Shown here: in pieces, positions 1-9,324 of the stretch | Numbering within the stretch: the first letter of the stretch is position 1 | Layout of the letters: every line of letters begins with the position of its first letter | DNA from: Verrucomicrobiia bacterium | Lineage (GTDB): Bacteria > Verrucomicrobiota > Verrucomicrobiia > Palsa-1439 | Length of the DNA: 62,665 bases | Assembly (NCBI GenBank): GCA_050008795.1 | Contig: JBEKLX010000002.1 | Span: 1-62,665, forward strand | Direction: 5' to 3' | Made by a program: the position numbers and the translations under genes | The notes under the pieces: model-generated | Databases searched by the model: none | Told to the model about the DNA's origin: nothing | The model's input: the letters and a program-made list of their open reading frames with translations, nothing else

Positions 1-1
1 C

Positions 2-613
2 CGGATCGAGCGGACGCCGGAAGGCATCCGTTCCGCGAACCGGTTTAATCTTTTCGATTGCACGATCGCGTTGAATCTCGCGTTCCTCGTGAATGTTGCG
101 ATCCTTGTGATGGCGGCTGCGGTGTTTTATCGGAACGGGATCGTTGTCACGGAATTGAAGCAGGCGTATCAAACGCTGACTCCGCTGGTCGGGCACGCGG
201 CTGCCGGCGTGGTGTTTGCGGTGGGACTGATCTGTTCGGGACAGAGTTCGACTTTGACCGGTACGTTGGCCGGGCAGATCGTGATGGAAGGGTTTTTGCA
301 GATACGGTTGCAGCCGTGGCTGCGCCGAATGATTACACGGCTGGTGGCAATCGTGCCGGCGATAATCGTCATTGCCATCGCGGGCGAGGCGGGCAGCTAT
401 AAGCTGTTGATTCTGAGTCAGGTGATTCTCAGCCTGCAATTGCCGTTCGCCGTCGTGCCGTTGGTGCAGTTCACGTGCAGCCGCAGCAAGATGGGCGAGT
501 TCGTCAACCCGCCAATGGTAAAAGTGCTGGCATGGACCGTGGCGGCGGTCGTTGTCGGCTTGAACATATGGCTGTTGACGCAAACGATCGTTAACTGGTG
601 GGGGAACCGATGA
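2..613 (+). CDS. mntH: NRAMP-family divalent metal (Mn2+/Fe2+) transporter, C-terminal part; 5' end outside window
   Basis: Frame is open from the window edge. Multi-TM translation (LAFLVNVAILVMAAAVFY, GLICSGQSSTLTGTLAGQIVMEGFL, LSLQLPFAVVPLV) matches conserved Nramp/MntH blocks. Stop TGA at 611-613 overlaps the next start (ATGA). Confidence 0.85.
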   Translation, partial: RIERTPEGIRSANRFNLFDCTIALNLAFLVNVAILVMAAAVFYRNGIVVTELKQAYQTLTPLVGHAAAGVVFAVGLICSGQSSTLTGTLAGQIVMEGFLQIRLQPWLRRMITRLVAIVPAIIVIAIAGEAGSYKLLILSQVILSLQLPFAVVPLVQFTCSRSKMGEFVNPPMVKVLAWTVAAVVVGLNIWLLTQTIVNWWGNR

Positions 614-1050
614 AGAAAACATTTTATCATACGATTCTGGTGCCGGTGGAAAGCAGCGAGTACGACAAGGTGATACTCGATCACATCGTGCCACTTGCGC
701 AGCAATACGGCTCCAAACTCATCCTGATCCACGTGGCCGACGGTTGGGCGGCACGGTATTTCCGCGAGGAAGCAGATTCGCCAGAAGTGCGTGACGACCG
801 CCGGTACCTGCAGGAGTTGGCCGAAAAATTGCGCAAAGATGGGCTGGAGGTGGAGACGATTCTCGAATTCGGTGATCCCGGCGAAGAAATCATCAAACTG
901 GCCCAGGCGCGAAACTGTGACCTGATCGCGATGACGACACACGGTCATCGTTTCATCTCCGATGTGCTTTTCGGTAGCGCCGTCCGAAAAGTCCGGCACA
1001 GTGTGGATATCCCCATTCTCCTGCTGCGTGGACACCGTCCAAAACGCTGA
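610..1050 (+). CDS. universal stress protein (UspA family)
   Basis: About 146 aa. Typical Usp layout: HTILVPVESSE, LILIHV, DLIAMTTHGH, GSAVRKVRHSVDIPILLL. ATG at 610 overlaps the mntH stop. Confidence 0.85.
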   Translation: MKKTFYHTILVPVESSEYDKVILDHIVPLAQQYGSKLILIHVADGWAARYFREEADSPEVRDDRRYLQELAEKLRKDGLEVETILEFGDPGEEIIKLAQARNCDLIAMTTHGHRFISDVLFGSAVRKVRHSVDIPILLLRGHRPKR

Positions 1051-1215
1051 ATGACATGCCCCCCAGTTCCCGCACTTCGTCGTAATCGTATCCCTTGTCC
1101 AAACACAAACCTTGGGGCCGCCCGCCGCAAACGCCCATGCTATGCGATTCTCCCCATTGATGCCTCCTTGGCATCACCAGCATATTACATCCATCGGGGT
1201 TTTGGGATCTATTCT
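1051..1215 (-). pseudogene. remnant of an IS4/IS5-type DDE transposase (fragment only)
   Basis: Minus-strand translation contains RPQGLCLDKGYDYDEVRELGG, which resembles the DxGYD catalytic-region motif of IS4/IS5 transposases. No intact ORF, start or terminal inverted repeats. Confidence 0.5.
1143..1208. repeat. direct repeat copy 1 (transposase-remnant sequence) flanking the G1 peptidase gene
   Basis: tgcgattctccccattgatgcctccttggcatcaccagcatattacatccatcggggttttgggat recurs at 2349-2415 in the same orientation, at roughly 85% identity by eye. Confidence 0.8.
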
Positions 1216-1424
1216 TGAATGGAAACCGTCTGTGTGCCAGTGGCGCGAAAAAGAGAAAGTGGTAAACGCCCAACTGTTCGGGAAGCAGCGCAGCCCGAAA
1301 CGGCGCTGCTCGTTGAAGGTTGAGGAAGCAAAATTGCCCTTGCTTGCTCTTCCGGTTTCAGGCAACAATACCTGTCAGTGGGGTTTGTCGGCGGACAATT
1401 ACCATGAACCGAGGTCCTAACAAT

Positions 1425-2309
1425 ATGAAAAGAATAACGCGTTTCTTAGTAGCGGCTGCGCTTACTGCTGCGGCTGTCGAACTCCAAACAAATCCGACCG
1501 CAGCCGTTCAACCCAGCACGAGCCGCCCGTCTCAGACGGGCTATGTTTTGAAACAGATTCCATTCAGTGCCGTGCATCACCAGCAAGTTGGCGCCCCGCG
1601 TATCCGCCTTCGGGAATCCACCAGCGGTAACTGGAGCGGCTATGCAGTGCCGCTGGAAACGAGCGGCGTCACCGATACCTTCAGCGTCGTGCAAGGCACT
1701 TGGACGGTCCCCACCGTGACGGGTAGTAGGAGCGCCACGTATTCGTCCACCTGGGTAGGCCTTGATGGCTATGACAGCGGAACGGTCGAGCAGATTGGGA
1801 CCGAGCAGGACTGGATGGGACGCGGGCGGCAAAACTATGCTTGGTTTGAAATGTACCCAAGTGGTGCTTACGAGATCGAGGGTTTTCCGGTGAACCCAGG
1901 GGACTCGATAAGCGCGCAAGTGCATTACCTGGGACAGAGAAACGTGCAAGTAGGCAGGGGAAGGAGCGAGGTAGAGAGCGTTTTCCAGCTCACCATTGTG
2001 AACACCACAAGAAATGTATCTTATTCCGTACCCACCAGCTATACAACGGTCACCTCCGCGGCGCGGGCCTCAGCCGAATGGGTCGTGGAAGCGCCCTCGT
2101 CACGTAAGGTTTTACCACTGGCGGACTTTGGCACCGTCAATTTCTCCGGCTGCGAAGCAGCTTCCGTACATACCGGTGGGATACTCGCCCCAATCGGTTC
2201 ATGGACTCCCGATCCTCTGACCATGATTGACCCGAGTGGTGGGAGATCTGTGCCATCTTCCTTGTCCGCTAATGGCGAAGCTTTTTCCGTCTCTTGGTCC
2301 GCCAAATAG
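1425..2309 (+). CDS. secreted glutamic peptidase, family G1 (eqolisin / scytalidoglutamic-peptidase-like)
   Basis: Signal-like N-terminus MKRITRFLVAAALTAAAV. G1 hallmarks are present: NWSGYAV, YSSTWVGLDGY, VEQIGTEQ (catalytic Gln context), YAWFEMYP, AEWVVEAPS (catalytic Glu context), ADFGTVNFSGC. Confidence 0.75.
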   Translation: MKRITRFLVAAALTAAAVELQTNPTAAVQPSTSRPSQTGYVLKQIPFSAVHHQQVGAPRIRLRESTSGNWSGYAVPLETSGVTDTFSVVQGTWTVPTVTGSRSATYSSTWVGLDGYDSGTVEQIGTEQDWMGRGRQNYAWFEMYPSGAYEIEGFPVNPGDSISAQVHYLGQRNVQVGRGRSEVESVFQLTIVNTTRNVSYSVPTSYTTVTSAARASAEWVVEAPSSRKVLPLADFGTVNFSGCEAASVHTGGILAPIGSWTPDPLTMIDPSGGRSVPSSLSANGEAFSVSWSAK

Positions 2310-2348
2310 AGATACAAGCAGGCAAGATGTCTCCGTTCATCCTTGTGA

Positions 2349-2415
2349 TGCGATTTTCCCCATTGATGCCACCTTGGCATCACCATGCATATCACATCCA
2401 TCTGGGTTTTGGGAT
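2349..2415. repeat. direct repeat copy 2 (transposase-remnant sequence)
   Basis: tgcgattttccccattgatgccaccttggcatcaccatgcatatcacatccatctgggttttgggat pairs with 1143-1208. Confidence 0.8.
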
Positions 2416-2610
2416 AGGCTCTAAGCCGGGGCGACGCACTTGATACGGGGCAGCCCTTCACCTTGATCCCGCTCTGGGCGGGATTGATCCTTTGCCACAG
2501 ACGACAGCGGCGTCTCGCGGACTCGGCTACCCCGCAAGTCGGGGAGAGGAGACCGTTTTTCAAATTGCCCTTACCATTTGGTAAACGGCTCGCCATGTCA
2601 AAAACGTATC

Positions 2611-2637
2611 CCTTCTCCCCGTTCGACGGGGAGAAGG
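2611..2637. repeat. perfect 12-bp stem / 3-nt loop GC-rich hairpin (REP-like)
   Basis: ccttctccccgt-tcg-acggggagaagg. All 12 pairs are Watson-Crick. It lies in the non-coding stretch 2310-2779. Confidence 0.8.
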
Positions 2638-2779
2638 TCAGGTTGAGGGGCATTCGTTCTGAATCGCTCCGTCTAACCGTCTGGAGCGGAACGCAACACT
2701 TGCCGGGCAGAGACGAGCTTGGCGCTGTCGTCCGGGCGGATGTTCACGGCGCCCCCCCCCAGTTCCCGCTTGCTGGTGT

Positions 2780-3418
2780 ATGACGTTTTTGGATAGTGTC
2801 GCAGGCATGACGGTGGTTATTTGGATCGGTTGTGCGGTCGCGTCTTATCTGCTCGGCTCGATCCCGACGGGGTTCTTGTGGGCGAAGGCGCGCGGCATTG
2901 ATATTCGCACCATTGGCAGCGGCAACATCGGCGCGACCAACGTGATGCGCGCACTCGGCAAAGGCCCGGGTATCACGGTACTGTTGATCGATGCTGCCAA
3001 GGGTTTCGTGCCGGTTTTCGTCACACCCCTGTTTTTTCCGCGTCTCGACCGTGACACTCTGCAAATCCTGTGCTGCGTCTGTGCCATCGCGGGTCACAAC
3101 TGGACCTGCTGGCTCCGGTTCAAAGGCGGCAAAGGTGTCGCTACCAGCGCGGGCGCGTTGCTGGCGTTTCTGCCGCTGCCGCTGTTATGCGGATTGGCGG
3201 TGTGGGGCGTCCTGTTCGCCATTTGGAGGTATGTGTCGCTGGCATCCATCTGTTTGGCGGCAACGGTTCCATTGGCAACCTGGTTCATAACGAAGAACAT
3301 GTCGCTGACCGCCTTCACGACGGTGCTCAGCGTGGTGGTAATATGGAGACATAAACCGAACATTCAGCGGTTGCTGGCCGGAACGGAAAACCGCGTAGGT
3401 AGGGCGGCCTCTCACTAA
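2780..3418 (+). CDS. plsY: glycerol-3-phosphate acyltransferase PlsY
   Basis: LGSIPTGFL, GSGNIGATNVMRALG, DAAKG, AGHNWTCWLRFKGGKGVATSAG. The start could instead be the ATG at 2807. Confidence 0.9.
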   Translation: MTFLDSVAGMTVVIWIGCAVASYLLGSIPTGFLWAKARGIDIRTIGSGNIGATNVMRALGKGPGITVLLIDAAKGFVPVFVTPLFFPRLDRDTLQILCCVCAIAGHNWTCWLRFKGGKGVATSAGALLAFLPLPLLCGLAVWGVLFAIWRYVSLASICLAATVPLATWFITKNMSLTAFTTVLSVVVIWRHKPNIQRLLAGTENRVGRAASH

Positions 3419-3434
3419 ACGGCAAAAGGAACGC

Positions 3435-4427
3435 ATGAAGATTACAGTCATTGGTACGGGCGGCTGGGGCACGGCGTTGGCGGTGTTGCTGCATGGCAAC
3501 GGACATGCGGTGACGTTGTGGGGGCGGCTCGCCGAGGAAGTTGATCCGATCCTTGTTGACCGCGAGAACAAGGCGTTTTTGCCCGGCGTAAAGGTTCCCG
3601 ATACGATTTCCGTGACGCTCGACCCCGCAGTCGCGTTGCGCGGTGCGGAGTGCGTGGTGCTGGCGGTGCCGTCGCACGGTATGCGCCCCATCTGCCAGAA
3701 GATACGGGAACATGTGCCGCACAACGCGATGCTCGTCCACGTGGCAAAAGGGATTGAGAACGAAACGGGCGCACGGATGAGCGAAGTGATCGCCGAGACG
3801 CTTGGCCGCAAGGACGTTGTGGTGTTGTCTGGGCCGAGCCACGCCGAGGAAGTCGGCCGCGGCATTCCGACGGCGGTGGTGGTGGCCTCGCAGGATATGG
3901 CCTTGGCGACGAAGGCGCAGCAGTTGTTCATGAACGAGCGGTTCCGCGTTTACACGCATCACGACGTGGCCGGCGTCGAGTTGGGGGGCGCATTGAAGAA
4001 CGTGATCGCGCTTGCCGCAGGGATGTGCGACGGAATCGGTTTCGGCGACAACACGAAGGCGGCGCTCTGCACGCGCGGGTTGGCGGAGATGGCCCGACTT
4101 GGCGTGGCGTTGGGGGCGAAATCAGAGACGTTTTTTGGATTGAGCGGCGTGGGCGATCTCATCGTGACAGCGTTCAGCCGTCACAGTCGGAACCGGCGGT
4201 TCGGCGAGCGGCTCGGCCGGGGCGAGACACCCGATCAGATTACGGCAAGCACGCCGATGGTTGCCGAAGGCGTGAAAACGGCGAAGTCAGCCTGGCAACT
4301 AGCCCAGTCCCGTGGCGGGATCGAGGTGCCGATCACGCGTGAAGTTTACGCGATCATCTACGAAGGTAAACCGGCGAAGGAGGCGGTGCGCGCCTTGATG
4401 ATGCGTGAAGCGAAGCCGGAGTTTTAG
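3435..4427 (+). CDS. gpsA: NAD(P)H-dependent glycerol-3-phosphate dehydrogenase
   Basis: MKITVIGTGGWGTALA Rossmann N-terminus, GPSHAEEV, ALKNVIALAAG, GLAEMARLG. Sits next to plsY, as in many bacteria. Confidence 0.95.
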   Translation: MKITVIGTGGWGTALAVLLHGNGHAVTLWGRLAEEVDPILVDRENKAFLPGVKVPDTISVTLDPAVALRGAECVVLAVPSHGMRPICQKIREHVPHNAMLVHVAKGIENETGARMSEVIAETLGRKDVVVLSGPSHAEEVGRGIPTAVVVASQDMALATKAQQLFMNERFRVYTHHDVAGVELGGALKNVIALAAGMCDGIGFGDNTKAALCTRGLAEMARLGVALGAKSETFFGLSGVGDLIVTAFSRHSRNRRFGERLGRGETPDQITASTPMVAEGVKTAKSAWQLAQSRGGIEVPITREVYAIIYEGKPAKEAVRALMMREAKPEF

Positions 4428-4476
4428 CCCGCAGGGCCGACAATTCGGCGGAAGCTGCAGAATTGTCGGGGTTAAC
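4427..4476 (+). repeat. REP-like palindromic element, family A copy 1 (possible bidirectional terminator)
   Basis: 10-bp stem ccgacaattc / gaattgtcgg (4437-4468) between the convergent gpsA and TPR genes. 44 of 50 nt identical to the reverse complement of 17824-17873. Confidence 0.75.
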
Positions 4477-6169
4477 GATCCGTCAACTTTTTCAGCTTTT
4501 CGGCAATCTGCTTGTTCTGGGGTTCGACTTCCAGCGCCTGGCGCAACGTCGTCACCGCTTCATCGCGTTGGCCGAGACTTAACAGCACGTCGGCAAGGTG
4601 ATCGAGCACGGTGGCGTCGTCTTTTTCCGATTCGGCTGCCTGACGCAGAGGTTTGACCGCTTCTTCGATTCGTCCCAGTTTGAACAGCACCCAGCCGAGA
4701 CTGTCGAGATAGGCGCCGTTGTCAGGTTCGATCTCAACCGCTTTTTGAATGAGTGTTATCGCTTCATCGAGGTGAATCCCCTTATCCGCCCACATGTAGC
4801 CGAGGTAATTGAGCGCGGCATGGTTGTCAGGATTCAGCTCGATGGATTTACGGAACAAAGTCGCGGCGCGGTCGAGATCGCCTGCCCGCTCACAAGCTGC
4901 GCCGAAATAGAAATAGAATGCGCTATCGGGTTGGGCCTCTTCCGGCGACTGTTCGGCGAGGGACTGTGCAGTGGCGAACGATTCGACAGCCGGGACGTAT
5001 TCCTTCTTCTCGCTGTGCACCAGCCCGGTGAAGTATGGAATCTGGTAGGCCAATGGGAACCGTTCCTTCGCCGTGACAAGCACCCGTAGCGCGTCGTCGT
5101 ATTTCTCCTGCTTCATATCGATCACCGCGAGGCGCAGATAAGGCGTGGGTTGGTTCGTGTTGACGACCAGCGATTGCTGATACTGGATCACGGCCCGATC
5201 GTCCTGATCCATGTCTTCGTAGATCTCGCCGAGATAGTTGTAGATCTCGTAGCGCAGCGGTTCGTGACGGAGAATGTCCTCGAGCACCTTGACCGCCTTC
5301 TCCTTTTGGTCGGCTCTAATCCAGTTCAACGCCAGTCGCTCTCGGACCCGGGCTATGTCGGGCCGAAAGGTCAACAGTTGCTCGTAGGTTTCGGCGGCTT
5401 TGACGTAGTCGTCGTTGTCGGCATAAGCATCGGCCAGCAACAGCAGTATATCGGGATCATTGCCAGCCAGTGCGCGGGCTTTCTCATAACATTGCTGCGC
5501 GATCTTGGGCGAGACGCGCGGGCTCAGAGACGGTTTCTGTTTCAATGCTTCGGTGTAAATGCGGCCGAGCCATGCCCAGTGCCGTGGGTCATCGGAACGC
5601 TGGCGGAAGGCGGCGTCGAGCACCTTGGCCGCCTCCGCCGTCTGGTTCTTCTGCAACAAGAGATCCACCAGTGCGCGCGTTGCGCCGAGTTGCGACGGAT
5701 CGATCCTGAGCGTTCGCCGAAACGCAGTCATCGCTTTCGCCGGCTGGTCGTTCAACTGGTGCGCTATGCCCAGCCAGAGCCACGCGTCTGCAACGTTCGG
5801 ATTGGCCTTGGCGGTTGTCTCCAGGATCGTGATGGCTGTCGCCATTTCCTTGCGTGCGAGGTGGATGTTCGCCAAACGCAAGGCCAGCGTGACGTTCTGA
5901 GGATCAAGCTCGAGTGCCTGCTGATACTCGCCCAACGCGGCATCCACGCCCTCGTTCATCTCGATGGATGTCGCAGCGGCGAAGTGCGCCATTGCTGCCG
6001 CGCGGCGCTCTGCGGCGGCAGACAACTCCAGCGATTGCGCAACGGAGCCGCCCTCCGCCTGTGGCGGCGTAGCGCCGGGCTTGGGCACGGACTGGCAGCC
6101 CGCGGCGAGACACAACATGCCGCTGACCACGAAAGTCAATGCCCTCGCGTGTGTTACTGAGGGATGCAT
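4472..6169 (-). CDS. TPR-repeat lipoprotein
   Basis: Lipobox LCLAAGC near the N-terminus, followed by many 34-aa TPR-like repeats (A..Y..AL..P.N pattern). Confidence 0.8.
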   Translation of the reverse strand: MHPSVTHARALTFVVSGMLCLAAGCQSVPKPGATPPQAEGGSVAQSLELSAAAERRAAAMAHFAAATSIEMNEGVDAALGEYQQALELDPQNVTLALRLANIHLARKEMATAITILETTAKANPNVADAWLWLGIAHQLNDQPAKAMTAFRRTLRIDPSQLGATRALVDLLLQKNQTAEAAKVLDAAFRQRSDDPRHWAWLGRIYTEALKQKPSLSPRVSPKIAQQCYEKARALAGNDPDILLLLADAYADNDDYVKAAETYEQLLTFRPDIARVRERLALNWIRADQKEKAVKVLEDILRHEPLRYEIYNYLGEIYEDMDQDDRAVIQYQQSLVVNTNQPTPYLRLAVIDMKQEKYDDALRVLVTAKERFPLAYQIPYFTGLVHSEKKEYVPAVESFATAQSLAEQSPEEAQPDSAFYFYFGAACERAGDLDRAATLFRKSIELNPDNHAALNYLGYMWADKGIHLDEAITLIQKAVEIEPDNGAYLDSLGWVLFKLGRIEEAVKPLRQAAESEKDDATVLDHLADVLLSLGQRDEAVTTLRQALEVEPQNKQIAEKLKKLTDR

Positions 6170-6186
6170 TTAGCCCTCCGGATTGT

Positions 6187-6282
6187 TCAGCGCATCCGAT
6201 TCTTGTGCCGCATAGCCTTAAGACGTTTGCGCCGTTTATGGCGGTTGATCTTGGCTTTGCGTCGTTTCCTCAGTGAACCCAT
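6187..6282 (-). CDS. 31-aa highly basic mini-protein, bS22-like (AURKAIP1/COX24-type small ribosomal protein)
   Basis: Not in the ORF track. ATG at 6282-6280, TGA at 6189-6187. Translation is MGSLRKRRKAKINRHKRRKRLKAMRHKNRMR, the same MGS..K.RR..KH+K pattern as mycobacterial bS22. Confidence 0.65.
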   Translation of the reverse strand: MGSLRKRRKAKINRHKRRKRLKAMRHKNRMR

Positions 6283-6307
6283 GCGTCCTCCTGCTTGAAT
6301 CTGCGAT

Positions 6308-7195
6308 TCAGTAAATCACCTTGTTCAGCGGATACTCGATGATGCCTTCCGCGCCGGCGTCCTTCAGGGCGGGAATGATTTCGCGCACGATCCGCTCGTC
6401 GATTATCGTTTCCACGGCCACCCAACCTTCCTGCGACAACTGCGAGATGGTAGGGTTTCGCAATGACGGCAACTTCCGCAACAGGCTATCGAGTTTCTTG
6501 CGTTGCACGTTCATCTTCAGGCCGACCTTTTCGCCGGCGACCAAAGCGCCTCTGAGCATCAATGCCAGCGTTTCGATCTTCTTGCGCTTCCACTGGTCGG
6601 TCCATGCCGCCTTGTTTGCAATCAACTGTGGGAAGCTGGTGACCAGGGTGTCCACAATCCGCAGATTGTTCGCTTTCAGCGATGAACCGGTCTCGGTCAA
6701 CTCGACAATTGCGTCCACCAGTTCCGGTGCCTTGACTTCCGTGGCGCCCCATGAAAATTCGACTTCGGCGGTGACGCCATGTTTCTTCAGCCAGCGCTTC
6801 GTCATGCCGACCAATTCAGTTGCGACGCGTTTGCCCTGCAAATCTTTTACCGATTTGATCGGCGAATCATTCGGCACGGCCAAAACCCAGCGCGCGGGAC
6901 TGGTCGACTGTTTGCTGTAAGCCAGTTCGCAAATGGCCTTCACATCGCTGTCGTTCTCGGCAACCCAGTCGGCCCCGGTTATCCCGGCATCAAGATACCC
7001 ATGCTCGACGTACCGGCTGATTTCCTGTGCCCGGATCAAGCGCAACTCAAGTTCCGCATCGTCAGAACGCGGCACATAGCTGCGGCTGCCGGTAATGACT
7101 TTCCAGCCAGCCTTCGCCATCAAAGCGAACGTGGATTCCTGCAGGCTGCCTTTCGGCAACCCGAACCGCAACGTCTTCTGTGTTGTCTTCGCCAT
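6308..7195 (-). CDS. hisG: ATP phosphoribosyltransferase (long form)
   Basis: [19 protein letters not shown], and a C-terminal regulatory domain. An alternative GTG start at 7216 overlaps the purN stop (GTGA). Confidence 0.9.
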   Translation of the reverse strand: MAKTTQKTLRFGLPKGSLQESTFALMAKAGWKVITGSRSYVPRSDDAELELRLIRAQEISRYVEHGYLDAGITGADWVAENDSDVKAICELAYSKQSTSPARWVLAVPNDSPIKSVKDLQGKRVATELVGMTKRWLKKHGVTAEVEFSWGATEVKAPELVDAIVELTETGSSLKANNLRIVDTLVTSFPQLIANKAAWTDQWKRKKIETLALMLRGALVAGEKVGLKMNVQRKKLDSLLRKLPSLRNPTISQLSQEGWVAVETIIDERIVREIIPALKDAGAEGIIEYPLNKVIY

Positions 7196-7212
7196 AATTT
7201 CGCGTTTGTCTT

Positions 7213-7836
7213 TCACTCCAAAATTCTAACGGCGCGGCCTTCGATTTTCAGTTTCCCATCGGCGAACAGCCGAACCGCCAGAGGATACAACTTGTGTTCC
7301 ACCACCTGAATCCGCTGGTGCAACGATTCCGCCGTATCGCCCGGCAATACCGGCACCGCTTCCTGCAGGATCATCGGGCCGGTGTCCACACCTTTATCCA
7401 CGAAATGCACCGTACACCCGGTCACCTTCGCGCCATAAGCCAGCGCCTGTTCCCACGCTTTCAATCCCGGAAACGCCGGCAGCAATGCTGGATGGATGTT
7501 TATAATCCGGCCAGCAAACGCCTCCAACAACGGCGCTTTCACGACGCGCATGTAACCAGCCAGCGCCACCAACTCGACGTCCGCGTCGCACAACGCCACC
7601 GCCATCTGCATTTCCAACTCGGGTTCCAGCTTCGTCTTGAACTGGCTCGGCCCGATGAACTTCGACGGAATGCCATGTTTGCGCGCTCGTGCGAGAATCT
7701 TCGCGTCGGCAATGTCGCTGAGTACGATGACCACCTGGCCCGGAATTTTGCCGCGTTCGCACGCTTCGATTATCGCTTCGCAGTTCGTTCCGCTGCCTGA
7801 TCCCAGCACACCAATGCGCAACTTGCTGCTGCTCAC
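7213..7836 (-). CDS. purN: phosphoribosylglycinamide formyltransferase
   Basis: [42 protein letters not shown]. Confidence 0.95.
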   Translation of the reverse strand: MSSSKLRIGVLGSGSGTNCEAIIEACERGKIPGQVVIVLSDIADAKILARARKHGIPSKFIGPSQFKTKLEPELEMQMAVALCDADVELVALAGYMRVVKAPLLEAFAGRIINIHPALLPAFPGLKAWEQALAYGAKVTGCTVHFVDKGVDTGPMILQEAVPVLPGDTAESLHQRIQVVEHKLYPLAVRLFADGKLKIEGRAVRILE

Positions 7837-7882
7837 GCCAGTTATTTAACGGATGCCCGAGGAAAACACAAGCGCGCGTTCA

Positions 7883-8218
7883 TCACCAGTATGGATGGCC
7901 GTAATAGAAGCCCCACTGGGACCGAATCTCGTCCGAGTCGCGCTGGCGTTGCTCTTCCATGGCGGCGCGGGTATAGGTATCCAGCATATAAGTCACCACG
8001 CCGTTGCTGACCCCTTCGTTGCGGAGGCGGACAACGTCGTCCGAAGTCAGCTTGAAAACCGTGCGCGTGCCTTCCACACGTTGAATGATCTCCCCGTCGC
8101 TCAATCCCGCCTTGGACATCGACATGATATCCGCCAGACTCAGCGGCGCGGGGTGCGGTTTGGCGGTGGCGCATCCCACCAGCAACACGACAACCAGACA
8201 TGTTAGGAATTGTTTCAT
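7883..8218 (-). CDS. hypothetical lipoprotein
   Basis: Signal plus lipobox VVVLLVGCA. No recognised domain. Confidence 0.6.
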   Translation of the reverse strand: MKQFLTCLVVVLLVGCATAKPHPAPLSLADIMSMSKAGLSDGEIIQRVEGTRTVFKLTSDDVVRLRNEGVSNGVVTYMLDTYTRAAMEEQRQRDSDEIRSQWGFYYGHPYW

Positions 8219-8329
8219 TAATGGAAAAGCTTACCGCATCCGGCCGTAAACGCAACCGGGTCAGAATCAGAACTTGCGGTTTTAGGCGTACGAACGTCGC
8301 AATTTGTTAGGCGGCAAATCCTTCATAAG

Positions 8330-8599
8330 TCAATGCCGTCCGAATAGTGGAAGCAAAATCGGGACGGCAGCGCAAAGCCATACAAATGCGATCAGACAGA
8401 ATGCGGGTGTCAGCGAACCGCGCCGACTGCGGAAATGATGAGGGTGCAAGCAAAACGAAATAGTAAACAAAGCCGCTCCTGCAAAACCAATCAACGCCGC
8501 GCGATGTGAAAAAATGATGAAAAAGAAGAAAGCTAAAACAGCCGCCAACTGAATAATGATCTTCATTGGCTCCGACATTTGTGTCTCGTTTGTTTTCAT
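8330..8599 (-). CDS. hypothetical small membrane protein
   Basis: Two to three hydrophobic segments. Lower GC than the flanks. Start uncertain; internal ATGs are possible. Confidence 0.4.
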   Translation of the reverse strand: MKTNETQMSEPMKIIIQLAAVLAFFFFIIFSHRAALIGFAGAALFTISFCLHPHHFRSRRGSLTPAFCLIAFVWLCAAVPILLPLFGRH

Positions 8600-8658
8600 A
8601 CGCTTGTATTTTGTGGTGTGGTGCGCGATACCGCCTTAACATTATTAATGGGACAAAG

Positions 8659-9231
8659 TCAGAGTCCGCTCTTGCGAATTTGCCGCTTCACGACTAGCGG
8701 CGTCTTCGACTTTGCGATCAAACCCGTGGTCGAAAAACCGCGCACGAACGGTACGATGCGAATCCGTGCGCCCAGTCCTGTGAGCACCGCGCGCTCGCCT
8801 GCGTCAAGCGTCTTTGCAGTGTAATCTCCGGCCTTGACGTAAATGTCAGGGCGCACGGCGGCGAGAAAACGGTCTGCGCGAGGTTCATTGAAGATCACCA
8901 CCGCGTCCACGCACCCCAGTGCCGCGAGAACGGCGGCACGATGTTGTTGGCGAACCAGTGGACGCCCCGAACCTTTGAGTTGCCGGACCGAAGCGTCCGA
9001 GTTGAGGCCGACCACGAGCAGGTCGCCGAGTTTCCGGGCGCGTTGGAGATAATTCACATGGCCGTAGTGGAGAAGATCGAAACAGCCGTTCGTTGCGACG
9101 ATCCGTCGTCCATGACGATGCGCGGCTGCAGCCCATCGGGTCGCCTGCGCAAGTGTTAACACTTTGGCTGGCGGTGATTTGCGCGTGGGCGTTTTGTCTT
9201 GATTCATCGTCATGGTGCGCTGATACTTCAA
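8659..9231 (-). CDS. hldC: D-glycero-beta-D-manno-heptose-1-phosphate adenylyltransferase (RfaE/HldE domain II type cytidylyltransferase)
   Basis: TNGCFDLLHYGHVNYLQRARKLGDLLVVGLNSDASVRQLKG..RP and YVKAGDY closely follow the RfaE domain II pattern. Confidence 0.8.
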   Translation of the reverse strand: MKYQRTMTMNQDKTPTRKSPPAKVLTLAQATRWAAAAHRHGRRIVATNGCFDLLHYGHVNYLQRARKLGDLLVVGLNSDASVRQLKGSGRPLVRQQHRAAVLAALGCVDAVVIFNEPRADRFLAAVRPDIYVKAGDYTAKTLDAGERAVLTGLGARIRIVPFVRGFSTTGLIAKSKTPLVVKRQIRKSGL

Positions 9232-9324
9232 CTTCCAGCATGGCTTATAGGATTCGACGGGTCAAGGTCGTTTTGCCCATCTTTGCGGGGCTGCCAGTGT
9301 GAGGCTGGAGATCAAAAGAAGCAC

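Noticed and set aside
2039-2783. ORFs 2039-2653 (minus) and 2463-2783 (plus) in the gap between the peptidase gene and plsY
   Set aside because: They run through the transposase-remnant repeat and the 12-bp hairpin (translating as ...SPSNGEKG... / ...SPFDGEK...). There is no SD or domain, so I treat the region as non-coding debris.
5150-6160. 336-aa plus-strand ORF
   Set aside because: Lies entirely antisense to the well-supported TPR lipoprotein gene. Its composition (L/V/R/D/G-rich, no motifs) is typical of antisense open frames in high-GC DNA.
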